Source of the DNA: a virus
Reading direction: 5' to 3' (one strand)
Virus record (IMG/VR): IMGVR_UViG_3300038379_000741
Location: 12,941 to 76,940 of that record
DNA: 64,000 nt
Both the position numbers and the translations under genes were made by a program. A model generated the notes under the pieces. The model did no database searches. It saw nothing but the letters and a program-made list of their open reading frames with translations, and was not told where the DNA came from. Numbering within the stretch: the stretch's first letter is position 1; every line of letters starts with the position of its first letter. Of this stretch, positions 33,599-43,296 are shown piece by piece.

Positions 33599-36549
33599 GG
33601 GCCCTCATCGGCGACGACGGTGGGAGCTACACTCCAACCTCCGCGCTTTCGATCAGCGCCGGCCCCGTCCGGCTCCTCGACATCGGCGTCGTCGACGTGC
33701 ACCGAGACGGAGCAGGCGGACACTACACCCCGATCGACGGGCCCACACTCGAGCAGCTTACACGCTCGCTCGACGACAGAGCGGTCACGATGCCGTTCGT
33801 CTCGCAGGCGCAGCGGCAGTGGATGCACATCAACCACCCCGAGATCGCCAAGCGGTGGGAGAAGCACACACCAAAGGGTGCCCACCTCCCCTGGCGCGTC
33901 CAGTCCAAGGACTCGGTCCCGAGCCCCGGCGACGTCGCCCTCATCGTCGTCGACGACGGCAACGGGCGCGTCCTCACGGTCTCGCGCGACGGCAACCCGG
34001 CCAACATCGCGATCCCGGGCGGTCACGTCGAGGCCGACGAGCACCCCGCCGTTGCGGCCTCCCGCGAGTTGTACGAGGAGACCGGCGTCTCGACGTGGGT
34101 ATCGGGCTCCAACATGGTCGAGGAGCTTTTCAGCGCCGGACGACCGGACGCCCACGGCGAAGACTACGTCTACCGCGCCGTCTCGCACGACGCTCTCAGC
34201 ATCCCGAGCTTCACGCCCGAACCCGGCGAGCACGTCCGTTGGGCCCTCCCGAGCGAGCTGCTCTGCGACACGTGCACGTTCCGGGACTGGACCCGCCAGC
34301 ACTTCGACGCCCTCTTCGGGCACCTCCAGAAGGTTCCAATGACTGACCCCAAGAAGCCCGTCACCGTGTCCGTCCACGTCCAGCCGATGCTGGACGGCAA
34401 GCCCATCACGATGGCGGAGCTGGAGACCCGCTTCGGTGACCTCGGGACCGGCGCGCGCAAGGGCCTCCCGGACACGGCTTTCGCCTCTCCGGGCGACCGC
34501 AAGTACCCGATCCACGACGCCGCCCACGTCCGCAACGCGGCCGCCCGACTCGAGCAGCAGAAGGGCTCCATGAGCCCCGCCAAGTACCGGCAAATCCGCT
34601 CGCGCATTGCGCGCGCCGCCAAGCGCTTCGGGATCAAGAGCGCCTACAACGCCCCCAAGAAGACCGCCGAGAAGCCGACGGTGCCGAGCAATCAGCGCAT
34701 CAGCGTCCACGCCGACATCGCCCCTGGCGGGCGCGTCCACGTCGTCCACCACATGAGCGACAAGGACGGACGTGAGTGGAACGCCTACCGAATCCGCGCC
34801 CTCGGCACCGAGGACGCCGCCGGGTTCCACCTCCAGCTCGCCGACGCGGACCGCCCGAAGAAGCTGGTCTGGATCCAGCTCGCCGAGTGCGGCGCGTTCC
34901 GCGGCCACCCCGCGGGGGCCTTCGCGCTCACCCCGACCGTCTTCTCCGAGATCGTCCGCAACTTCGACGCCGACGGCATCCCGGTCCCGATCGATTACGA
35001 GCACGCGAGCGAGCAGGAGCCCACCGCCGGCAACATCCCCCGCCACGGGGCCCCGGCCCAGGGCTGGATCCACAAGCTCGAGAACCGCGGCGACGACGGC
35101 CTCTGGGGCCTCGTCGAGTGGGGCCCGCAGGCCGCCGACCAGATCCGTACCGGTCAGTACCGGTACATCTCGCCCGCCATCCGGTTTGGGGCCAAGGACC
35201 GCCAGAGCGGTCACGAGATCGGCGCCAAGCTCACCTCCGCCGGCCTCACCAACCAGCCCTTCCTGAAGGGCATGCAGGTCCTCGCCGCCAAGGATCGCGG
35301 CGCGTCGCACACGATGCAGACGACCACCGAGTCCGACGCCGACAGCAGCGTCCCGATGCAGACCATGGCCGACTCCGACGCCCCCCTCGGCGCGTTCGGA
35401 GCATTCGGTGCCTTTGTCGACGAGGCCGACATGGCCGCCTTCGCGGCTTTCCGGGCCGCGCGCATGGCCGCCTTCGCCGCCAAGCCCCCGCCGCCCACCA
35501 AGCCCTCGGAGTACATGCCCCGGATCAAGGCGGCGCTCCGGCTCGCCGACCTCGCGACCTGCGCGGAGACGATGGCGCAGTTCTGCCGGCTCCGGGACCG
35601 CTTCATGGCCGTCTCGGCCGAGTACTCGACGACTGCCGAGTACAAGAGTGCCGATGGCGTCGACCTCGGCGGCTACGTCGGCGCCCTGGCCGACATCGCC
35701 GCGAAAGACCGACTCAGCGCCACCCTCCACGAGGTCCTCGAGATCGTCCACCACATGATCTGCGTGGCCATGGAGAAGCACGAGCTGGAGATGCACATCG
35801 ACCAGCTCGCCGAGGAGGACGCGATGGAGGCCGCAGAGGAGCGCCTCATGCAGGATCTTGCGAAGGACTCGACCCTTGCGGCGGCCTTCGGTGAGCAGAA
35901 ACCCCAAACCCCGGCGCAAGGCGAAACGAATCCACAAGGAGACACGACGATGGACATCAAGCTCGCAGACCACGAAAAGGCAATCGCGGCCAAGGACGGC
36001 GTGATCCAGTCCAAGGACACCGAGATTGAGGGCCTTAAGCTCCAGCTCTCGTCCAAGGACGGCAAGATCACCGAGCTGGCCGCCAAGCTCACCGAGGCCG
36101 AGCAGCGGGAGCAGGACCGGCTCGCCAAGGACCTCGACGCCGAGGCCGACGCCATGATCGCCAACCCCGACAACCATCTCAAGGCGGAGTCCAAGCCGAC
36201 GGTCCTGCGCCTCCTCAAGGCGGATCCGGAAGGCACCCGCTCCCTCTACAAGGCGGCCGCGGTCCCCGCGGCCGGCGGTGCCCTCCCCCCGAAGTTCCAC
36301 CACCTCTCACAGCGCCTCCCGGCGTCGCGCCCGGGCGGCTCTAAGGACGAGGCGGACGGCAAGCTCCCCGACATCCTCGTCATGGGCGACGGCTGCGAGA
36401 TCGAGAGCAAGCTCCTCGCCGAGACGCGCGAGCAGACCACGGATCGCCTCATGTCCGAGAAGAAGCTCTCGTTCGAGGACGCCAGCCAGGAGGCCTGGGA
36501 CGCCCACAACCGCCTCTCCCAATACACCCGGCAGTCGCACGCGCGCTGA
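33595..36549 (+). CDS. Polyprotein: Nudix hydrolase + small domains + Mu gpI-like prohead protease + scaffold
   Basis: Nudix box GGHVEADEHPAVAASRELYEETG. Protease motifs PIDYEH, AQGWI, LWGLVEW, YRYISP and LTNQPFL. C-terminal coiled coil. Confidence 0.85.
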   Translation: MRALIGDDGGSYTPTSALSISAGPVRLLDIGVVDVHRDGAGGHYTPIDGPTLEQLTRSLDDRAVTMPFVSQAQRQWMHINHPEIAKRWEKHTPKGAHLPWRVQSKDSVPSPGDVALIVVDDGNGRVLTVSRDGNPANIAIPGGHVEADEHPAVAASRELYEETGVSTWVSGSNMVEELFSAGRPDAHGEDYVYRAVSHDALSIPSFTPEPGEHVRWALPSELLCDTCTFRDWTRQHFDALFGHLQKVPMTDPKKPVTVSVHVQPMLDGKPITMAELETRFGDLGTGARKGLPDTAFASPGDRKYPIHDAAHVRNAAARLEQQKGSMSPAKYRQIRSRIARAAKRFGIKSAYNAPKKTAEKPTVPSNQRISVHADIAPGGRVHVVHHMSDKDGREWNAYRIRALGTEDAAGFHLQLADADRPKKLVWIQLAECGAFRGHPAGAFALTPTVFSEIVRNFDADGIPVPIDYEHASEQEPTAGNIPRHGAPAQGWIHKLENRGDDGLWGLVEWGPQAADQIRTGQYRYISPAIRFGAKDRQSGHEIGAKLTSAGLTNQPFLKGMQVLAAKDRGASHTMQTTTESDADSSVPMQTMADSDAPLGAFGAFGAFVDEADMAAFAAFRAARMAAFAAKPPPPTKPSEYMPRIKAALRLADLATCAETMAQFCRLRDRFMAVSAEYSTTAEYKSADGVDLGGYVGALADIAAKDRLSATLHEVLEIVHHMICVAMEKHELEMHIDQLAEEDAMEAAEERLMQDLAKDSTLAAAFGEQKPQTPAQGETNPQGDTTMDIKLADHEKAIAAKDGVIQSKDTEIEGLKLQLSSKDGKITELAAKLTEAEQREQDRLAKDLDAEADAMIANPDNHLKAESKPTVLRLLKADPEGTRSLYKAAAVPAAGGALPPKFHHLSQRLPASRPGGSKDEADGKLPDILVMGDGCEIESKLLAETREQTTDRLMSEKKLSFEDASQEAWDAHNRLSQYTRQSHAR

Positions 36550-36655
36550 CGGATCGCCCAGAAAAAAAAAGAACCAACCCCGCGCCGCCGCCCCCCCCCC
36601 CCTCTCTCGGGACGCGGGTCACAACTCCAACCCCTGATACTGTAGGAGACTCACC

Positions 36656-37078
36656 ATGGCTGTCACCGACTTCGTGTGGGCACGCACCCACCTTCCCTCC
36701 GACCTGACCGGCGTCAACAACCACGCGACCGACGACATCGGCCCCAACCTCTGCGTCAAGGTCGATACCACCGCGGCCAACACACTCCCGACGGCCGCGG
36801 CCGTCGGGGTCGCACTCGCCACGACCGACGACACGATCTACGGCGTCACCGTCGAGACCATGAAGGCGGTCGGCGGCTACGGGCGCGTCGCCCAGCACGG
36901 CATCGTGCAGTGCGTCGCCTCCGCCGCCATCGCGGTCGGAGCCTGGGTCCAGGCCTCCACCGTCGGCAAGGTCGTGACCAGCGCCGCCGCCAAGCCGTCG
37001 GTCGGCATCGCCCTCACCGCCGCGGGCGCGGACACCGACCCCGTCCTCGTCCTGCTCCACATCGGCAAGAACGCCTAA
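36656..37078 (+). CDS. Capsid cement/decoration protein (DUF2190-like)
   Basis: GIVQCVASAAIAVG...VGIALTAA, located between the scaffold and capsid genes. Confidence 0.75.
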   Translation: MAVTDFVWARTHLPSDLTGVNNHATDDIGPNLCVKVDTTAANTLPTAAAVGVALATTDDTIYGVTVETMKAVGGYGRVAQHGIVQCVASAAIAVGAWVQASTVGKVVTSAAAKPSVGIALTAAGADTDPVLVLLHIGKNA

Positions 37079-37121
37079 CCCGAGCGTTCGTCTCGGTTTG
37101 CTCAAGAAAGGAAGAAGAGAA

Positions 37122-38444
37122 ATGAACGCTCCCAACGCCCCCACCAAGCTCGAAGTCCCGGCAGGTCACGTCCTGTCGACGGAGCGAGACGAGTCCGGCT
37201 CCCTCCGGCTCCGATTCATCGAGCTGGAGACCGGCGCGGTCCGCTTCACCGACGGCTCCATGGCCCCCGCCGACGAGCAGCTCCGCCCGTCCGACAAGGT
37301 CGTCGACCGCCAGCGCGACAAGATGCTCGCCCACTACGCCTTCCACGAGCAGCTCCAGGCGTACGGGACGATGCACAAGGTCAAGAAGATGAGCGCGCCG
37401 ACCGGCTTCCGCGTCCTCTCCATGAAGGAGGGCTTCACGGACGACCGCATCGGCTGCCGACCCACGGGCAAGCGCCTGCTCGACATCGGCGTCGCTGACG
37501 TCCACCGCGACGCGAACCTGCCGAACTACGCGGCCGGCTACTCGCTCGCGGAGGGTATCGCCGACGTGCTCTCCTCGCCGATCGTGACCGCCAAAGCCAC
37601 GAACTTCTACATGACCTGGGACGACATCAACTCGTTCCGCCGCGTCAAGCCGAACGCCTCCGCCCCCGGCGCGGGCGTGCCCGAGGTCAGCATCTCGAAG
37701 ACGGACGCCCGGTACGTCACCGTGCCGTACGCGCTCGCCGGATTCATGCCGACCGAGGTGGAGACGAACGCGGACACCCCGCTCCGTCCCTTCCAAAAGC
37801 TCGTGCGCCGCATCATGGAGGCCCTCTACCTCGAGCGCGAGATTCGCGTCTCCGCCCTCCTGACCACGTCGGCGAACTGGGACGCCGGTCACGTCACCAC
37901 GGTCGCGGCCGGCGCGAAGTGGAACGGCGGAGCCAGCTCGGACCCGGTCCGCAACATCAAGAACCTGATGGAGCTTTCGGCCCAGAAGGTCACCGGCATC
38001 GGCATGAGCCGCCAGCTCTACGACATCTTCACCGAGAACCAGGCGGTGCAGAAGTACATCGCCTACAAGACGCAGGTGGCGCCGATTCCGAACCCGGCCA
38101 ACATCGCGGCGCTGCTCGACCTCCCGCCCATCTACGTGCAGGAGATGAAGTACTACGCGAGCGGCACCACGTTCTCGTGGCCCCTCGGCGGGCACGTGGT
38201 CCTCTTCCGGCAGCCGCCCGAGATGCCCCCGACCTCCCAGGACGACGTGTCCACCTCGGCCACGTTCCGGTTCCTCGGCGGCGACTCCCCGGACGGGACC
38301 CAGCAGGGCGGCTGGATCGTCCGCACGTTCTTCATGCCGGATCGCGGCGAGCGCGGCGGCCGCAAGGTCGTGGTCGCCCACAACGACGCCGAGGTCATGG
38401 CTTCCAAGATCACGGGCGGCCTCATCCTGAACGCCTACCAGTGA
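37122..38444 (+). CDS. Major capsid protein
   Basis: Position and size, plus HK97-like capsid motifs (YALAGFMPTEV, LEREIRVSALL, WNGGASSDPVRNI). Confidence 0.82.
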   Translation: MNAPNAPTKLEVPAGHVLSTERDESGSLRLRFIELETGAVRFTDGSMAPADEQLRPSDKVVDRQRDKMLAHYAFHEQLQAYGTMHKVKKMSAPTGFRVLSMKEGFTDDRIGCRPTGKRLLDIGVADVHRDANLPNYAAGYSLAEGIADVLSSPIVTAKATNFYMTWDDINSFRRVKPNASAPGAGVPEVSISKTDARYVTVPYALAGFMPTEVETNADTPLRPFQKLVRRIMEALYLEREIRVSALLTTSANWDAGHVTTVAAGAKWNGGASSDPVRNIKNLMELSAQKVTGIGMSRQLYDIFTENQAVQKYIAYKTQVAPIPNPANIAALLDLPPIYVQEMKYYASGTTFSWPLGGHVVLFRQPPEMPPTSQDDVSTSATFRFLGGDSPDGTQQGGWIVRTFFMPDRGERGGRKVVVAHNDAEVMASKITGGLILNAYQ

Positions 38445-38463
38445 GGCCGACGGGTTGCGGCAT

Positions 38464-38490
38464 CCCGGGGTAGGATCAACCTACCCCGGG
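38464..38490 (+). terminator. Perfect 11-bp stem-loop after the capsid gene
   Basis: CCCGGGGTAGG-ATCAA-CCTACCCCGGG, without a U-tract. Confidence 0.5.
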
Positions 38491-38521
38491 GCCGCGTCCC
38501 CGACTCCCCAGGAGGAAGACC

Positions 38522-38791
38522 ATGGCACGAACGCGAACCGCTACCACGACCGAATCCGCAGACTCCCCCGAGCCCGTCTCGCCGGAGGCCGCGGCCGAGG
38601 TCCTCACCGAGACCCTCAAGCCCGCCGAGGTCGCCCCGCCGCCCTCGTCGAGCCGCGTCAAGTGCCGGATCAAGCACGGCCAGTACTTCGTCGGCAACGG
38701 CGTCTACCTCAAGAAGGGCGACCTCGTCGACGTCTCCCCGGAGGAGGCCGCCCGGCTCGCCGAGGTCGGCACCGCCGAGATCGTCAAGTAG
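38522..38791 (+). CDS. Small head-associated protein (89 aa)
   Basis: GGAGG RBS, directly after the capsid gene. Confidence 0.6.
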   Translation: MARTRTATTTESADSPEPVSPEAAAEVLTETLKPAEVAPPPSSSRVKCRIKHGQYFVGNGVYLKKGDLVDVSPEEAARLAEVGTAEIVK

Positions 38792-38887
38792 GCTACCGGG
38801 AGCCGCCACCCTCGAGGGTTCCCGGATAGGAGCCCTCGCTCCGGGCGAGGGTGGCACGCACCGGGGCACCTTACAAAGGAGTAACCC

Positions 38888-39382
38888 TTGGCCGACCCCG
38901 TCGCGTACTTCACCCTCCAGGAACACGTCGACGACCTCGGCGAGGACATGTTCCTCGGCGTCTACGACGACCAGTCCACCGGTTCCGTCGAGTCCGTGAA
39001 GAAGAGCAGCCCGGTCGCGCTCGTGATCCGGAACGCCCACGCCTTCGCGAGGAGCTGGTTCCCGAACCTCGGCGGCGTCCCGGCCGACAACACCGACCCC
39101 GACGCCATGGACGACCTCGTCCGGTGCGCGGCCCTCATGGTCGCCAAGTGCTTCGCCTACCAGCGCCGCCACGAGGTCGGCCGCACCTACGGGTGCTTCC
39201 CCGGCGGCGCCATGTACGAGCAGATGATCGCGATGTTCGAGCGCATCCAGTCCGGCATTCAGCGCCTCGAGAAGCCCGTCCAGTCCCCAGAGCCGAACCA
39301 GGGAGGCCTGCTCGGCCAGGACGGTCCCAAGGCGTTCGTGATCGCCGACCCCATCGACAACGAAAGTCAGGGGGACTTTTAG
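38888..39382 (+). CDS. Head-tail adaptor (Mu gp36/DUF1320-like)
   Basis: Position and size, with YEQMIAMFERIQSG resembling the gp36 family. Confidence 0.65.
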   Translation: MADPVAYFTLQEHVDDLGEDMFLGVYDDQSTGSVESVKKSSPVALVIRNAHAFARSWFPNLGGVPADNTDPDAMDDLVRCAALMVAKCFAYQRRHEVGRTYGCFPGGAMYEQMIAMFERIQSGIQRLEKPVQSPEPNQGGLLGQDGPKAFVIADPIDNESQGDF

Positions 39383-39388
39383 CGCCCG

Positions 39389-39757
39389 ATGGCGGTCAAG
39401 ACCAACGCCGACGAGTGGCTCGCCCAGGTCGAGGCGGGCCCCATGCGCGACCTCCTCCGGGACATCGACCAGGCCACCATGGACGCGGCGCGCTCGGGCG
39501 TCTGGGAGGCCCAGCAGGACCACCCCTACACGGACCGGACCCAGCAGCTCACCAACACCGCCCACCCCGAGAAGGGCAAGGTCGGGGAGTCCCACATGGT
39601 CTGGCCGATGTTCTATGCCGGCTTCGTCAACGACGGAACCAGCCGCTCGCGCCCCTACCCCTTCGTACCGATCGCGCTGGCCAAGGCTCGAGAGGTCCTG
39701 GAGGAGAAGATCAAGAAGGCCGTCGAGCGCATGGCGACCGCGGTCTCGAGGAAGTAG
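39389..39757 (+). CDS. Neck/tail completion protein (HK97 gp10-like)
   Basis: YTDRTQQLTN...YAGFVNDGTSRSRPYPF motif. Confidence 0.65.
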   Translation: MAVKTNADEWLAQVEAGPMRDLLRDIDQATMDAARSGVWEAQQDHPYTDRTQQLTNTAHPEKGKVGESHMVWPMFYAGFVNDGTSRSRPYPFVPIALAKAREVLEEKIKKAVERMATAVSRK

Positions 39758-39761
39758 GCAC

Positions 39762-41228
39762 GTGCCCGACCACTACGGCAACCTGCTCATCCCGGTCCAG
39801 CCCGCCTCCGACAAGGAGGCCCCGGGGGACCCGCTCCTCGACGTGCTGCTATCCTTCTTCGAGGCCGTCCTCAACGCGGACGCCGGGGGAGCCTGGAAGA
39901 GCGTCGGCGTGGGCCCCGAGACCAGCGGCCCGGTGGTGCACAAGTTCGCCTGGGATCCGGTCAAGCAGGCCTTCGACAAGTCGAAGACGCCCGCCCTCTA
40001 TCTTTTCCGGGAGTTCAACAACCCCAGCGAGTGGATCGCCCACGACTACTACATCCGCCACTCCCAACTCGTCCTCTACTGGGTCCCGCCCGTCGTGGCC
40101 CAGCAAGAGAAGCGAGGGCGGATGACCGCCTTTGCCAACGCGATCCAGAGCGTGCTCGACAACACGCTTGAGCCCGCGGCCCGCCACCCGGCCTGGCAGG
40201 TTGCGAGCGACACCGACCCGCTCACCTCCCTGTACGGGTCTCTGCTCTGGCGGTACGCGAACCTCTGGAAGCTGGACATCGGTCGCTCGGAGTGGACCGA
40301 GATCGTGATCCCGACCGACATGACCGGGATGCCGCCGGGGACCACCCCGCCGAAGTTCCCGGCCGTCCGGACCACCATCCTGGTCGGCGAGCGCAACGAG
40401 GGCACCGTCCCCGAGGACTTCGACACTTTCACGCTCGACGGGACCATCCAGACGGCCGTCACCTCCGACGAAGGGGTCCTCGACTACCTCGACTTCGACT
40501 TCACGCTCGGAATCGCGTCGGTCAGTCCGGCGACCGGATCCTCCGCCGGAGGAACCACCCTGGTCGTCCTGGGCACCGGCTTCGACGCCGACGCCGCCGT
40601 GACCGTGAGCGGCGTCGCCTGCACCGACGTCTCCGTCTCGGCCCCCGGCGCCCTCACCTGTCGCACTCCCCCCGGCAGTCCTCTCCTCGGCGCCCTCGAC
40701 GTTGTCGTGACCAACCCGGACGGCGACGCCGCCACCGCGGTCGACGCCTTCACGTACGTCACCCCGCCGTCGATCGACCTCGGGACCTGGACCCTCAACA
40801 ACACGACGAGGACCGGGACCTACCCGACCTACACGTTCCTCGAGACCGCGGTTAGCAACTTCCACGGGGCGTTCTCACCGAGCACTCCGATCTCGGGCGC
40901 CACCAGCGTCCGAGTCACCGCCCGAGTCCAGATGGTCGGGCGGCAGTGGTTCTGGCTCAACATCACCCCCCTCGGCAACCCCGACGAGTACGCCTACTTC
41001 GACCTCACCAACGGGGTCTTCGGCTACATCAGCCCGGGCGTCAGCGCCGTGGGGATCACCAACCTCGGCGCCGGCCTCTGGGAGGTCACCGCCACGTTCG
41101 ACCTACTCTCCAGCCCATTCTCCTGGGTCGCATCGTTCGGCCTCGACACGGCCAACAACCAGGGGACCTACCTCGGCGACATCACGAAGGGTTGCGTGAT
41201 CAGCTACCTCCTTGCCGAGCAACCCTGA
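39762..41228 (+). CDS. Tail terminator-like protein fused to an IPT/TIG domain and a beta-sandwich domain
   Basis: IASVSPATGSSAGGTTLVVLGTGF...DVVVTNPDG...DAFTY is an IPT/TIG domain. The C-terminal domain reads YFDLTNG...GLWEVTATF. Confidence 0.65.
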   Translation: MPDHYGNLLIPVQPASDKEAPGDPLLDVLLSFFEAVLNADAGGAWKSVGVGPETSGPVVHKFAWDPVKQAFDKSKTPALYLFREFNNPSEWIAHDYYIRHSQLVLYWVPPVVAQQEKRGRMTAFANAIQSVLDNTLEPAARHPAWQVASDTDPLTSLYGSLLWRYANLWKLDIGRSEWTEIVIPTDMTGMPPGTTPPKFPAVRTTILVGERNEGTVPEDFDTFTLDGTIQTAVTSDEGVLDYLDFDFTLGIASVSPATGSSAGGTTLVVLGTGFDADAAVTVSGVACTDVSVSAPGALTCRTPPGSPLLGALDVVVTNPDGDAATAVDAFTYVTPPSIDLGTWTLNNTTRTGTYPTYTFLETAVSNFHGAFSPSTPISGATSVRVTARVQMVGRQWFWLNITPLGNPDEYAYFDLTNGVFGYISPGVSAVGITNLGAGLWEVTATFDLLSSPFSWVASFGLDTANNQGTYLGDITKGCVISYLLAEQP

Positions 41229-41238
41229 CGGAGACACC

Positions 41239-41598
41239 ATGGCTCTCAAGAAGCTCCGAGTCCTCCCCAACCCCTCCCACGCGCTCGACCACGAGGGGCG
41301 CCCGCAGTGTGCGGTCCAATTCGAGAACGCCCGCGGCGACTACTGGGTGGGGGCCAGCGTCGACCAAGAGCGGACCCTCGCCGCGCGCAAGACCTTCTTC
41401 GTGTTCGACGAGGAGACTCCGGTCGAGGTGCCGCCCACCGGCTACTACGTGCGCAAGCTCCTTGACGGGGAGCTGCTCCCGGCCGACGCCGAGACGGCGA
41501 AGCTCGCGGGCGTGCCCTTCCCGGTCAAGTCGGTGGACCAGCCCCGGGCCCCGGCGCCCGAGCAGCCCTCGCGCTCGCGTCGCTCTCCGACCGAGTGA
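41239..41598 (+). CDS. Hypothetical protein (119 aa)
   Basis: GGAG RBS, directly upstream of the sheath gene. Confidence 0.55.
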   Translation: MALKKLRVLPNPSHALDHEGRPQCAVQFENARGDYWVGASVDQERTLAARKTFFVFDEETPVEVPPTGYYVRKLLDGELLPADAETAKLAGVPFPVKSVDQPRAPAPEQPSRSRRSPTE

Positions 41599-41708
41599 CG
41601 ACAAAACGAGCGAACGTGGTTACCTGGGCGCTGCTCATCGCGCTGCTCCCGGTGACCGTCTGGACAGCGTTGATCGCCTTCGACGCATGCAAATGAAAGG
41701 ACCATTCG

Positions 41709-43250
41709 ATGACTTGGGACATCGCAGGATTCGACTCTACGTACCTCCGCCCCATCTTTGCGGCCAAGATCGTGTACGCAGCCGGGCCGGCCGTCGGCCA
41801 GGGCCCGATGAACGTGCTCTGCATGGGCCTCAAGACGTCGGCGGGCAACCTCGTCGTCGACTCCGAGATCCGGCAGTGCTTCTCGCGCGAGGACGTGGTG
41901 ACGGCAGCCGGTGACGGCTCCCAGCTCGCCCTCATGGGCATCGCGGCCCTCAAGGCCAACCCAAACTGCAACCTCTTCCTCATCGCCGTGACCGAGGCCG
42001 GCGGCGGCACCGCCGCGACCGTCACGATGCTGCTCGCTACCATCCCGACCTCGGACGGCACCATCACGGTGCGCGTCGCCGGGGCTTCGATGAACGTGAG
42101 CTACGCGGCCGGCACCGCGATCGACACCATCGGCGCCAACCTCGCCTCGCGCATCAACGCGCAGGTCGACTGTCCGGTCACGGCCTCCTACAGCGCCGGC
42201 TCCGACACCCTCACGCTCACGTCCAAGAACGTCGGCATCGGTACCAAGGACATCATCGTCTACCAGGACCTCTCGCTCTCGGGCGGAGTGACCTCGACGA
42301 TGACGGGCTCCGCCGACGTCAACGTCTTCGGCCAGATCAAGGGCGTCCGGATGGGCGCGGCCGGCGGTACCGGCACCGAGGACTACACGACCGCCCTCAC
42401 CAAGATCCAGACCAAGCGCTACGCGCGCATCGCGGTCGGCACCAACGACGCCACGAACGCCGCCCTGGTCGAGACCACGGTCAACAACCTCGCCGCCGTA
42501 ACGGTCCAAATCTACGACCAGTTCATGTTCGGCCACAACGGCACACAGGGTCAGGCTACCACGCTCGCGCAGACCACCCTCAACGCTCCCCGCGCGCAGG
42601 TCTACGCCTACCGCAACTCCGAGACCCCGCCGTGGGTCATCGCGGGTGGTTGGGCGGCGGTCCGCGCCGCGACCGAGGGCGACGACCCCGTCCCCGACTA
42701 CGACAACTACGACTGCTCGGCGTGGATCTTCCCCACGCAGTTCGACTCGGACACGTGGCTGCCGACGGAGGAGAACGCCCTGCTCAACGCGGGTGTGACT
42801 CCGATCAAGACCGAGAACGCAGCCCCCAAGGTCGTGCGCAGCATCACGACCTACTGCCTCAACGGAGCCGTCCAGGACACGCGCACGCTCGACATCGGCG
42901 ACGCAGTCTTCCCCGACTACGCCTACTTCGACCTCCAAAACCTCTACGGCACCTTCCGCGAGGCCAACAAGTACGCCGAGCCCGACCCCGACATCGCGGC
43001 CGGCGATACCTTCCCGGTCGCCGGGGTCGCGTACCCGCAGCTCTGGGTCAAGACCGTCATCGGCCTCATGTACGACTGGAGGGCCAACGGTTGGATCGAG
43101 GACACGTTCTCGGGCGACAACCCCGCCTACCCGGTGCAGGCGTCCTGGAACAAGGCCGCCCGCCGAATCCAGTCCAACGTCCCCTTCGTGGTCAACCGCG
43201 TCATTCACCAGCTCTCGGTGATCGCGCGCCAGACGGCGCCGGCTGCCTGA
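41709..43250 (+). CDS. Contractile tail sheath protein (Mu gpL-like)
   Basis: GDGSQLALM, EENALLNAGVTP and VVRSITTY motifs, 513 aa. Confidence 0.88.
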   Translation: MTWDIAGFDSTYLRPIFAAKIVYAAGPAVGQGPMNVLCMGLKTSAGNLVVDSEIRQCFSREDVVTAAGDGSQLALMGIAALKANPNCNLFLIAVTEAGGGTAATVTMLLATIPTSDGTITVRVAGASMNVSYAAGTAIDTIGANLASRINAQVDCPVTASYSAGSDTLTLTSKNVGIGTKDIIVYQDLSLSGGVTSTMTGSADVNVFGQIKGVRMGAAGGTGTEDYTTALTKIQTKRYARIAVGTNDATNAALVETTVNNLAAVTVQIYDQFMFGHNGTQGQATTLAQTTLNAPRAQVYAYRNSETPPWVIAGGWAAVRAATEGDDPVPDYDNYDCSAWIFPTQFDSDTWLPTEENALLNAGVTPIKTENAAPKVVRSITTYCLNGAVQDTRTLDIGDAVFPDYAYFDLQNLYGTFREANKYAEPDPDIAAGDTFPVAGVAYPQLWVKTVIGLMYDWRANGWIEDTFSGDNPAYPVQASWNKAARRIQSNVPFVVNRVIHQLSVIARQTAPAA

Positions 43251-43296
43251 GAGAGCGTCGCCAACCCCCCTCACCGAGAGATAGGAGACAAGTCTC

